Source: Promethearchaeia archaeon (GTDB lineage Archaea; Asgardarchaeota; Lokiarchaeia; Sigyniarchaeales; SOKP01). Taken from it: 25,807 bases of DNA. Under the pieces are notes generated by a model. That model was not told the origin of the DNA and did no database searches. It worked only from the letters and a program-made list of their open reading frames with translations. Shown here piece by piece: positions 1 through 8,755 of the stretch. Both the position numbers and the translations under genes were made by a program. Within the stretch, counting starts at the first letter, position 1, and each line of letters starts with the position of its first letter. Location of the stretch: NCBI GenBank assembly GCA_046497275.1, contig JAWOFX010000155.1:1-25807 (forward strand), in the 5' to 3' direction.

Positions 1-1110
1 TTATTAAAAGAATACGGAATGTCGGACTCAATTGATTTACTAATAGAATTAATAGAAGACAATAAAATAGAAATTGTGGGCACCGCTAAATTCCATCCAA
101 TATTACCTCTAATCCCTAAAAAGGAAGTGAAAAGACAAATAAAACTCAATGAGGAGATTAACACAGAAGTGTTTGATAATCGATGGATTAAGAGGGGTTT
201 TTTCCCTCCTGAGATGGCAATCTCCTCAAAAGTAGCGAAAATTGTGAGAGATCTTGGATATAAATGGGTGATTATGAGTGGAATTTCGTGTCCAAATAGT
301 TGGTGCTATGATAGAATCTACAAATCTCCAAATGGTCTGGAATTATTCTTTAGGGACGACATTTTGAGTAATAAAATTGCTTTCAAGAAATATACTCCTA
401 AATATTTTATCAAAGATTTAGGGGAAATCCATAAAAATGAGACAGATAAAAAAAATGATACTTATGTCATAACAGCTATAGACGGAGAGACATTTGGATG
501 GCACATAAAAAAGTATGAAAAAACGTTCCTTGGGAAAGCTCTAAAATTGATTGAAGAAAATGAATATCAGAAGCAAGACAATGAAAATGATGAAATCGAT
601 AATATCGAAATTGAATTTATATCTAATTTAAATAAATATTTTCCTTATGCAGAAGAAACCATTATCCCAATCTCTTCCAGCTGGAGTACGTCTTATGAGG
701 ATTTAAAATGTAATATCCCTTATCCGTTATGGAGGCATCCCGAAAATAACATTCATACTTATTATTGGAAAATTGTAAAAAGTCTTAATGAATTAATGAA
801 ATTAGCCGATAACTTAATTTTATCAAAAGATTGGAGTGTTGAGAATTATTATACTACTGCTAGATATTTTTATGATAGAGGAATTCATAGCTGTCCGATG
901 TGGTGGGCTAATCCCTTACAAAATACATGGAGTCCGAATCTAATATATAAAGGAATTGAATTATTAATGCGAGCTGCCCTCAATGCACAATTGGCTTTGG
1001 TAAGTGCGGGAATAAATGATGGAGATGGATACTTTGACAGTATCTCCTATTATCATGGTCTTCTTCTAATGGAATTATATTCGATAAGCAGAAGAAATTC
1101 AAAAAAATGA
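1..1110 (+). CDS. Glycoside hydrolase family 57 protein (alpha-amylase/amylopullulanase-like), 5'-truncated by the window edge
   Basis: The frame is open from base 1 (LLKEYG precedes the Met at 19). GH57-type motifs are present: EIVGTAKFHPILPLIP, GFFPPEMA (nucleophile Glu), TAIDGETFGWH (acid/base Asp) and SSW. Confidence 0.85.
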   Translation, partial: LLKEYGMSDSIDLLIELIEDNKIEIVGTAKFHPILPLIPKKEVKRQIKLNEEINTEVFDNRWIKRGFFPPEMAISSKVAKIVRDLGYKWVIMSGISCPNSWCYDRIYKSPNGLELFFRDDILSNKIAFKKYTPKYFIKDLGEIHKNETDKKNDTYVITAIDGETFGWHIKKYEKTFLGKALKLIEENEYQKQDNENDEIDNIEIEFISNLNKYFPYAEETIIPISSSWSTSYEDLKCNIPYPLWRHPENNIHTYYWKIVKSLNELMKLADNLILSKDWSVENYYTTARYFYDRGIHSCPMWWANPLQNTWSPNLIYKGIELLMRAALNAQLALVSAGINDGDGYFDSISYYHGLLLMELYSISRRNSKK

Positions 1111-1207
1111 CTTTTTCCTTTTTTAAAGATTGAAATTTATATTCTCCTCGTTAAACCCTTCCAATATTCGTTTTGTTTTCTTTCCAAATAATTTTACCTT
1201 ATTTATC

Positions 1208-2356
1208 TTATATTAACCAATTTATTTTTCCATCTTCATTATATTGACCCCATTTTAGGGTTACTTTTCTCTGCGCCATAACATTCTCTTTTGGAGCTCT
1301 TAAAGTTGAGGAGGGCATATATTCATAAACTGCTAAACCACCATCATTATTTCCCACTTTTCTTATATATGTTTTGATCTCTTCTTCCACCTCTTCTGGG
1401 GTTCCCAATGAGAAAGTAGTTTGTATATTTGAAGAAAGCCAGAAAGCAACCTTCCTTTCTTCTGCCCATTTTTTAAAATTATCAACACCAACCATGTGAG
1501 GGCTGTCAAATTCAAACACGTCAACTCCAATTTCTATAATATCGGGCATTACTTCATAAATTTGACCACATGAATGCATAATGAAATCAAGTCCAAGATC
1601 ATGTGCTAAATCAATTATTTTCTTATAAGGTTCTTTGAAAAATGTCTTAAAAATTTCTGGACTTATAAATGGAGATTTTTGGGATCCCAAGTCATCTGCC
1701 ACTATTACAGCATTTAGGGGAGGATAGAATTTTTTATAATTTTCAATAAGATTCGTGAAATAAGGCAAAAGTTTTTCTATTAATTGATGAACTTTATTTG
1801 GTCTTCTCACTATGTCAATTAAAAAATTACTAAATCCTCTTATTTGAGAGCATAGATTAAAAAATCCATTGGGAGCTAATTCTCCCAAAGTATATCTATT
1901 TTTTCCTAATAATTTCAAAATTCCAGATTTTAAAAAATTATATCTTTCTTCAATTGATATATCTGGAGGCTCAAAATCCTTTAGATAATCCCAATTATCT
2001 TGCAATGGACCAAAATGAGGGTGTCCTCTTGTAATATCATTACTTTCTGATCCTGAAGACTTCCATTGAATTTCCCATTCATCAATACTAATATGAGGTT
2101 TTTTCCAGAATTTTCTTTCATATCCCGCTTTTTTTCTAAATTTTCTTTTCCATCTGTAGGTGAATATTCTATATGATAATTTTTGGATAGAATCAACCCC
2201 ACCTTGTACATGTGGGGGATAATTAGTAGGTTGCCAGGATCTTAAAGGATAGATTGAAACAGGAAAAAAATCAGTTTTTAAACTCAAGCAAGACATTGGA
2301 ACACGATCTGGATTCTCAAAATGAAAGGCACGCCTAACTCTCTCTTCACTCTTCAT
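1208..2356 (-). CDS. Uroporphyrinogen decarboxylase / MtaA-CmuA methyltransferase superfamily protein
   Basis: N-terminal ERVRRAFHFENPDRVP, then ADDLGSQKSPFISPEIFKTFFKEPYKKII, HSCG, DIIEIGVDV and LGTPEEVEEE, all typical of the URO-D-like TIM barrel family. Confidence 0.8.
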   Translation of the reverse strand: MKSEERVRRAFHFENPDRVPMSCLSLKTDFFPVSIYPLRSWQPTNYPPHVQGGVDSIQKLSYRIFTYRWKRKFRKKAGYERKFWKKPHISIDEWEIQWKSSGSESNDITRGHPHFGPLQDNWDYLKDFEPPDISIEERYNFLKSGILKLLGKNRYTLGELAPNGFFNLCSQIRGFSNFLIDIVRRPNKVHQLIEKLLPYFTNLIENYKKFYPPLNAVIVADDLGSQKSPFISPEIFKTFFKEPYKKIIDLAHDLGLDFIMHSCGQIYEVMPDIIEIGVDVFEFDSPHMVGVDNFKKWAEERKVAFWLSSNIQTTFSLGTPEEVEEEIKTYIRKVGNNDGGLAVYEYMPSSTLRAPKENVMAQRKVTLKWGQYNEDGKINWLI

Positions 2357-2509
2357 TTATTATATTAATATTGCTCGTTTTGTTTTCTATAATTATCAAG
2401 ATATTTTATTTTTTTGCTCTTTTTATTCCCAAAATCTTTTTTAATATAAGATAGAGCATATCAAAGAAAAAACTTAACCATTGCTAGCATTCAATTGAAG
2501 ATTTTGATT

Positions 2510-3496
2510 CTAATTCATCTTCATTTTTTCATTTTCGAGTATCCATTTTAATATTATTCCGAATAATAATGGCTCCTGATATTTAAAATCATGTCCACAA
2601 TTCTTAATTAAAATTGCTTGGTCATCTGGTATTTTTGCTTGTTTTTTATTTAACTCAAAAGTTATTTCTGGGGGAAAAATAGAATCTTTCTCACCATGAA
2701 TCAAATAAACTCTCTTCTTATTATAATCTGAATCCCTTTTTAGAAATTTATGCGCAACCATATTTAAAGCAGATTGACTTCCCATATGTTTCATAGCACG
2801 TTTAATCCCCCAACCTGCAGATAAGAAAGTAAAATCCCTATTGAGTAAAGTTTCAACATCATGAAGCGCTGCAATACCTATCACCATCGCGACTCGTTCA
2901 TCTTCATATGCTTTGGTTAATACAGAGGTAGCACCCATAGATTTTCCAATACAGCATATAGCCCCTTCTTTAACGTCTTCAAAAGTACATACTTTATCAA
3001 TAAATATCTTAACATCATTATATAACTTATACATATCCTCCTTTTTTCCACCTGCTTCACCATGTCCCCTTTGATCAAAAGCAGCACTTATATAACCCAT
3101 TTGAGCTAATGGAATCATAAACATATTGTTAACTTCTTTATCATCCATAAATCCATGAAAAAATATGATTATAGGTCGTGGATTTTGATACTGTTTCCCA
3201 TTTGGAGTAGATATAGTTTCTGTAAGAGACCTATAAATAAGACCTGTTGATTTTACTCCATCGTCGAAGCTCACATCTACTTTTTGGACATTAATTGTTT
3301 CCTTGGAAGTATTTTCAAACACAGATTGTGGTGAATATAATCCTGCTTTGACTAAAGTTATTCCAACGATTAAAGAAATGACAATATATATTATCCCTAT
3401 TACTACATATTCAAAATGAAAAAATAATAGATATGTTAAAAATATTGTAACGATTATAAAACTCGGAAGTACTATAAGTAAAACTTTGAGTTGCAT
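2510..3496 (-). CDS. Membrane-anchored alpha/beta-fold hydrolase
   Basis: Two hydrophobic N-terminal helices, FFHGF oxyanion region, FDQRGHGE, nucleophile elbow GKSMG, HGEKD (Asp) and GHDF (His). Confidence 0.85.
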   Translation of the reverse strand: MQLKVLLIVLPSFIIVTIFLTYLLFFHFEYVVIGIIYIVISLIVGITLVKAGLYSPQSVFENTSKETINVQKVDVSFDDGVKSTGLIYRSLTETISTPNGKQYQNPRPIIIFFHGFMDDKEVNNMFMIPLAQMGYISAAFDQRGHGEAGGKKEDMYKLYNDVKIFIDKVCTFEDVKEGAICCIGKSMGATSVLTKAYEDERVAMVIGIAALHDVETLLNRDFTFLSAGWGIKRAMKHMGSQSALNMVAHKFLKRDSDYNKKRVYLIHGEKDSIFPPEITFELNKKQAKIPDDQAILIKNCGHDFKYQEPLLFGIILKWILENEKMKMN

Positions 3497-3647
3497 AATT
3501 TTATAACGGATTTATAGATTAATATATTTTTTATTTTTATCAAATCAACTAATCTGTTAACTTTTTTGATATCTCAAAGAATATATTCCTATTAATGGAA
3601 ATAAATAATAAATTATATAATTATTATTTCATCATTTAATTATAATA

Positions 3648-4742
3648 ATGCCAGATGAAAATGAGAATGAGATTAAATACTGTGAATATTGCGGAGCTAA
3701 ATTAGAAAAAGACAGAATATATTGTCCTAAATGTGGGAAATTGGCGATAAATGCGAGGAAAACAGAAAAAAAGGCTATTGAAAAAACGACCAAGAAAAGC
3801 TCTAAATCAGGGGAAATACCTGGTCGAGAATGTCCCGAATGTGGGTCAATCATTAGATCTCGTATTCTCAAGCAATGTCCCGTTTGTAATGCGAAATTAA
3901 AAGAACCCCCTCCAATAGAAACAGAGCCTAAGAAAGAAGAATCTGGTTTTATATTTACTGGAGAAAAATTACAACCGTTAACAAATAAAAATTCATGGAA
4001 CTTAAGAGAAGGGCTTTATGCTTTTGGAAATTCTATAGCAATTTATTTCATAGTTCTTCTGACTATCAATACTATAATATTAGATTTTATTGGAACACCT
4101 ATAGACTCTGTGAGCATAGTAGAGATCTTAGTTGGAGAAATTCCAGAAATCACATTAGGAATATATCCACTATTTTATATTATTTCAAGAGGACATAAGC
4201 AAGAGAAATTAGGTTTAAACTTAAATAGTAAAACTATGTCAATTGCATTAATACTTGGGATAGCAGCAGGTATGATCCTCTATTTTATAAATTATGGTTT
4301 AGACATATTCTTCCAGTATATTATAGATATGGGATTTGATGAATTTTTAGGGATCCAAGAATATTATTCTGCTTATGCTGGAACCCTCAAAACAACTGAG
4401 TTCTATTGGATTATATTATTCACTATTCTTCTCATTATTCAATCTCTTTCATCAGAGATATTATTTCGAGGCACACTCCATAATTCATTAAAAGATAAAT
4501 TTGGAAACCAATTAAAAGGTAAAGTAATAGTAATTCTAATTGTTGCCTTAATAATTTCATTAACATACTCTATATTATTTTTCTTCGTTTCATTACCAAT
4601 AGGGATATATTTTTTCGTATCATATCTTATATTGAATTTAGTATTAGGGTGTGTTTATGAAATTAATGGGAATCTGGCAAATTCTATGGTAGCCTACACA
4701 ATTTATAATTTGATTCTTCTAATCATGATGTTATTCTTTTAG
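3648..4742 (+). CDS. Double zinc-ribbon plus CPBP/Abi (CAAX protease-like) membrane protein with degenerate catalytic motifs
   Basis: CEYC..CPKC and CPEC..CPVC pairs are followed by about 7-8 TM segments containing SEILFRG and a C-terminal GNLANSMVAYTIYN segment. Confidence 0.7.
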   Translation: MPDENENEIKYCEYCGAKLEKDRIYCPKCGKLAINARKTEKKAIEKTTKKSSKSGEIPGRECPECGSIIRSRILKQCPVCNAKLKEPPPIETEPKKEESGFIFTGEKLQPLTNKNSWNLREGLYAFGNSIAIYFIVLLTINTIILDFIGTPIDSVSIVEILVGEIPEITLGIYPLFYIISRGHKQEKLGLNLNSKTMSIALILGIAAGMILYFINYGLDIFFQYIIDMGFDEFLGIQEYYSAYAGTLKTTEFYWIILFTILLIIQSLSSEILFRGTLHNSLKDKFGNQLKGKVIVILIVALIISLTYSILFFFVSLPIGIYFFVSYLILNLVLGCVYEINGNLANSMVAYTIYNLILLIMMLFF

Positions 4743-4873
4743 GATTTTTTAAAAAACTATTATATTTTGCAAATTAACAAATAAAAAAAACCATTAAACC
4801 CTTTTATTAAAATACCATAATTTTCTTTTCATTTTTATAATATATTAATAATTTCGAAGGAGCCATCAAAATA

Positions 4874-5593
4874 TTGGGGAGAACTATTTATAGAAACAAA
4901 GGAAGTAAAGATAACATTGTTTTCTCGATAGCTGGGGCTCACGGAGTCGGAAAGACTACTATATTTAATTTACTTAAAAAACAATTACGAAATAATCCTA
5001 AATTTAAATTTTTTCCAGAACGATATGTCAAAAAACCTCCAGTTCCTTTTGGTTCGCGAAACAAACAAACAGCTTTTCGATCTGAAATCCATTTCCTTCA
5101 ACAATTTATTCGGAGAAATAAAAATATTAAAAATTTTGATGATAAATATAATGGGAGAGTATTAATTCTTGATAGAACTCCTTTATGCGTTCTTGTATAT
5201 TCTAAGAGTCTATTTTTAAAAGAAAAAGATTATCATCTTATATTAGATACATTTAATTCTGTAAAATGGTTAGAGGATTATATTATTTATCTTACTGCTG
5301 AACCAGATACCATCCTTAAACGAACTATACGCAGAGGATCCTTAGAAAAAATACGAAAACAATGGAATGAAACAGAGAAAAATTATCTACTTAATGTTTT
5401 AACCTTTTATAATGAGATATTATTTACCAGAAAAGATTCTGAAAAAATCATTGAAATAAATACAGAGAATTTGACTCCAGAAAATATTCTCGAAAAAGTT
5501 ATGAATATAATCTCAGAAATTTCGGGGTATTCCTTTAATCAAAAATTAGAACCCCCTTCCAAACAAATGAGTTTAAAAAAATTCTTTCAATGA
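4874..5593 (+). CDS. Deoxynucleoside kinase / thymidylate kinase-family P-loop kinase
   Basis: Walker A GAHGVGKTT, LILDRTPLC (the DR motif of the dNK/TMPK family) and IIYLTAEPDTILKRTIRRG lid region. The start is TTG and its exact position is uncertain. Confidence 0.75.
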   Translation: MGRTIYRNKGSKDNIVFSIAGAHGVGKTTIFNLLKKQLRNNPKFKFFPERYVKKPPVPFGSRNKQTAFRSEIHFLQQFIRRNKNIKNFDDKYNGRVLILDRTPLCVLVYSKSLFLKEKDYHLILDTFNSVKWLEDYIIYLTAEPDTILKRTIRRGSLEKIRKQWNETEKNYLLNVLTFYNEILFTRKDSEKIIEINTENLTPENILEKVMNIISEISGYSFNQKLEPPSKQMSLKKFFQ

Positions 5594-5676
5594 TGAGCTT
5601 TACGATAAATTATTAATACTAATTTTATTATTGTATTCTTGAGTAAAATAAAATCATTTGGTCTCTTTGAATAAAA

Positions 5677-6696
5677 ATGTCATCAATAGCAGACGATGTT
5701 CGTCAAAAAGTGATGTATGTACTTAAACAAGAAGAAGAAAAAACACATCTTAAGAATTTATCCGTATTATCTCGTGTTGGAATGAAAGTCTCTAGTGCTA
5801 CATCCGCAGAATTAGATGCAGATGCAACTTCAGCATCGAGTACTGCATTAATCGATTTAGGACTAAGATTAAGCGAGGCAACGAATCATGGTTCACTACG
5901 AGAAATCATTTTACACAATGAAGCAGGATATAGTATCTTAATGGCTATTAATGATGAATATATCGTTTTTAGTGGGTTAACAGCGGTATATAAGATTGGA
6001 TACTACTTACCATATCTTAGAGATTTGGCTAAGAAATTGAACGCATTGATATCTGGTGATCAAGATTCGGAAATGGCCTTATCATTAGAAGAAGATGAAT
6101 TAGAAAAGCTGCGCAAGAAAAAAGAAAAAGAGAAGGAAGAAAAAGAGGAAGAAACAATTAAAAAACCGTCTGTGGAACAAGATAAAGCAGCTTTGAATGG
6201 CTTATTAGGTTTTCTTGATGATTGGGAAAAACAAGGGCTTGAATCAGACGAAATGGAGCCTCAAAATGAACAAAACATTGTTTCGATTCCAAAAACAATT
6301 GCAGCTGGCGTTACTACAGAAACAACAGAAATGAGCATCCCTGAAACACCTGAAACAACATCACATATCTCTTCCGATTCTCAGTTTAAAGTTTATGATG
6401 ACGAAGTAGCTCCAGTTCCACTGGAAGATTATACTCCAATGGAAGTTGATGAAGAATTAACAGAACCAGAGCCAGTAGTAGAGCCAGAACCTCAGACTAT
6501 GGTCTCTGCCCCTTCATTAGAACCTAAAACTGAGCCAGCTTCAGAATATGGATCACTACCCTCTTTAGATGAATTAAAGCCACCAGATTTTGATGCTGAG
6601 ACCGCTTCGGAATACGATACCGAATTTATTTTGGAAGAGGAGACAGAATCTCTGGAAGCAGTTTTAAAGGATTTGGGATGGGAAGAGGAAGATTAA
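5677..6696 (+). CDS. Roadblock/LC7-domain protein with a long acidic, low-complexity C-terminal tail
   Basis: The first ~125 aa fit the roadblock pattern (SVLSRVGMKVSS, SASSTALIDLGLRLS, LREIILHNEAGYSILMAINDEYIV, C-terminal helix). The remainder is rich in E, D, P, T and S. Confidence 0.65.
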   Translation: MSSIADDVRQKVMYVLKQEEEKTHLKNLSVLSRVGMKVSSATSAELDADATSASSTALIDLGLRLSEATNHGSLREIILHNEAGYSILMAINDEYIVFSGLTAVYKIGYYLPYLRDLAKKLNALISGDQDSEMALSLEEDELEKLRKKKEKEKEEKEEETIKKPSVEQDKAALNGLLGFLDDWEKQGLESDEMEPQNEQNIVSIPKTIAAGVTTETTEMSIPETPETTSHISSDSQFKVYDDEVAPVPLEDYTPMEVDEELTEPEPVVEPEPQTMVSAPSLEPKTEPASEYGSLPSLDELKPPDFDAETASEYDTEFILEEETESLEAVLKDLGWEEED

Positions 6697-6830
6697 ATCC
6701 ATTCACATTAATTTTACTATTTTTCTATACTTCTTAACTTAATAACCCTTGATTAGGAAATATTATAAATTATTTTAACCTAAGTTGTATTTGAAGTTAT
6801 AATTTAATAAAAAATTTTTGATGAATAATT

Positions 6831-8198
6831 ATGTCTGAACTCAATGAAATAAAACGAGAAACAGGCAGGAAAGAAAGGATTATCTTCGGGATGCCTAGAT
6901 TAGGGACATCCATTATATTAGGAATCGAAGGATGGGCATTACTCACGCTTTATACATCGGGATATGGTTTAGATCCTTTTCGAACTGGTTTTGCAATTGC
7001 CATGGGGTACTTAACGATCGCAGCATCTCAGTTCTTGCTTGGATGGCTCAGTGATGCAAAATATACAAAATATGGAAGAAGGAAACCTTATATATTCATA
7101 TTTGCACCAATCTTAGGAATTTCTATCATCTTTTTATTATTACCCAATTTAGTACTTCCTGACATGAATAATAAAGACATACTTTTCTTCTGGTTATTAA
7201 TATGGGATATTCTTTTCAGAGCAAGTTATGCAGTGACCACACCATATCAGGCGTGGATGGCAGAAGTGTTTAGTGTTAATGAAAGACCAAAAGTTTCCCA
7301 AGTGCAAAACACTTTTAACTACATTGGTAATGGTTTAATGGCATTATTTTCACTTATAATCTTGACAGATTATATTGATTTATTAGAACTGGATATCTAT
7401 GCGCAATATTCACTTTTTACAATACCAGTAATTATTTTTGGGGCACTAACGATAATATTGTTTTATTTAGTTGCGATTTTACTTCCCACGGAACCAAAAT
7501 ATGAGATAAAATCCAATATGATGGAAAGTCTTAAAACAATCATTAAAAATAAAAATTTTATGTTAATTATTTTTATGGTCGGGATCTCAGGCCTGGGTTG
7601 GACAATGGTAACAACTACAATGTTGAAATATACCGAGGATGCTTTAAATCTAGATGGGACCGATTATTTAATTGTTGCAGTTTTTCTTTTAGTGTTTATT
7701 TTTATCTTTCTTTATATTTGGAGAAGATCCATAGAAAAATACGGCAAAAAATCTACTCTCCTAAACGTCTTTCTTTTAGCAGTAGTTTTCCTTCCAATTA
7801 CATTAATTGGATTAATTCCAATGTCATCCTACTTGGTCTTTGGAATTATCTTTATAATTGGTATTGGCGCAGTATTAGGTGGATGGTTCTTGTTCCCATA
7901 TATTGTTTATGCGGATGTTGCTGAAGATGATCAAAAAAAAACTGGAGAATTAAAAGCAGGCATTTATGCGGGCTTCCCTTCGATTATATTAAATATCTTC
8001 CAAGCATTTGGAGCATTCCTTATCGGTGTGATCCTTTCAATTCCTGTATATTACAATCCTACGGCGGCTATTGAACCATATTCTATCGGATTGGTTTTAT
8101 GGGGGCCTCTGGCTTCTATTGTTCTGATTATAGCTTATTTCTATACGAAAAAGTACGTGATTTTAGATTTTGAATGGGAAGAACAAATTAAAATTTAA
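6831..8198 (+). CDS. MFS transporter, glycoside-pentoside-hexuronide (MFS_2/MelB-like) family
   Basis: About 12 TM helices, GWLSDAKYTKYGRRKPY loop motif, PYQAWMAE and YADVAEDDQKKTGELKAGIYAG. Confidence 0.85.
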   Translation: MSELNEIKRETGRKERIIFGMPRLGTSIILGIEGWALLTLYTSGYGLDPFRTGFAIAMGYLTIAASQFLLGWLSDAKYTKYGRRKPYIFIFAPILGISIIFLLLPNLVLPDMNNKDILFFWLLIWDILFRASYAVTTPYQAWMAEVFSVNERPKVSQVQNTFNYIGNGLMALFSLIILTDYIDLLELDIYAQYSLFTIPVIIFGALTIILFYLVAILLPTEPKYEIKSNMMESLKTIIKNKNFMLIIFMVGISGLGWTMVTTTMLKYTEDALNLDGTDYLIVAVFLLVFIFIFLYIWRRSIEKYGKKSTLLNVFLLAVVFLPITLIGLIPMSSYLVFGIIFIIGIGAVLGGWFLFPYIVYADVAEDDQKKTGELKAGIYAGFPSIILNIFQAFGAFLIGVILSIPVYYNPTAAIEPYSIGLVLWGPLASIVLIIAYFYTKKYVILDFEWEEQIKI

Positions 8199-8320
8199 AA
8201 ATTTTTTTTCTAATTCTTTTTAAAACTTCAAAAAATAAACTAAATTATAGTTATGAAAGAGTTTATCTAATAAAAAAGAAGGAAATAAAAAATTAAATCA
8301 ACATAATCGGTTAGAACCTA

Positions 8321-8595
8321 TTAAAATCTTCGATCCTTTGCTATTATCTCAACATTCAATGCTTCTGGTCCTTTACCATCATCTTCATTTTCTTTTAGTA
8401 TAAATTCGACCTCATCGCCTTGATCAAGTTTTTTGAACCCTTCCATATCGATATTCGAGTAATGGACAAATACATCTTCTTCTTGGTCCTTTACTGCGAT
8501 AAATCCATATCCTTTCCGCAAAAAGAGGATTTCTCTATTTTGTTGCGGTAATCAAACCACTTGACAAAGCCAGTTCTCTTTTCACCTTCAGACAT
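8321..8595 (-). CDS. csp: Cold-shock domain protein (CspA-like), split gene: exon 1 8595-8543, exon 2 8513-8321; predicted spliced product 81 aa
   Basis: ATG at 8595 gives MSEGEKRTGFVKWFDYR. The second frame gives KGYGFI (RNP1), DVFVHYS (RNP2), GFKKL..GDEVEF and KGPEALNV. The two parts are separated by 29 nt and are out of frame. Joining 53 + 193 nt gives 246 nt = 81 codons + stop. Confidence 0.9.
8514..8542 (-). other. Putative bulge-helix-bulge (BHB)-type mRNA intron, 29 nt
   Basis: The mRNA reads UA-CCGC-AA^C-AAAA(U)AGAG-AAAUC-CUCUUUUU-GCGG-AA^A-GGAU. This gives a 4-bp central helix CCGC/GCGG, two 3-nt bulges (AAC, AAA) and an 8-bp intron stem. Cleavage after the 2nd nt of each bulge removes 29 nt and restores the frame (CGC AAA GGA = R K G). 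The outer exon helix is weak. Confidence 0.75.
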
Positions 8596-8755
8596 TAATC
8601 AAAACCTGCTTATCTTACTTCTATTTTGTTTATCTATTATATTTTTATAGAGTTAAATAGAGAAATAAATTTTAATTTTTAAATTTTGATTTTGTATTAA
8701 CGTCAGAATCTAAAGCAATAATAAGATAAATAATCTAATATTATAGAAAACATCA

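Noticed and set aside
5591-5596. TGA stops (for example TGA TGA after the kinase) as possible selenocysteine or read-through codons
   Set aside because: The proteins are complete at these stops, no homologous Cys position is implied, and no SECIS-like hairpin was recognised nearby.
8321-8521. 66-aa Csp starting at TTG 8521, as given in the ORF track
   Set aside because: It lacks beta-strand 1 (GxVKWF), which is encoded upstream after a proper ATG at 8595. The TTG lies inside the putative intron.
8518-8527. -1 ribosomal or transcriptional slippage at C-UUUUU-G as the way to express csp
   Set aside because: Formally possible, but it would leave about 10 extra residues just before RNP1, and the run is only 5 U. 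The BHB cut sites predict the exact 29-nt removal independently, so splicing is the more parsimonious explanation. Not fully excluded.
8596-8755. Functional link between the intron-bearing csp and the divergent pus10, by analogy with cbf5 (another pseudouridine synthase) as a known intron host
   Set aside because: Adjacency alone is not evidence. pus10 itself has an uninterrupted frame and no BHB-like insertion was seen in it.
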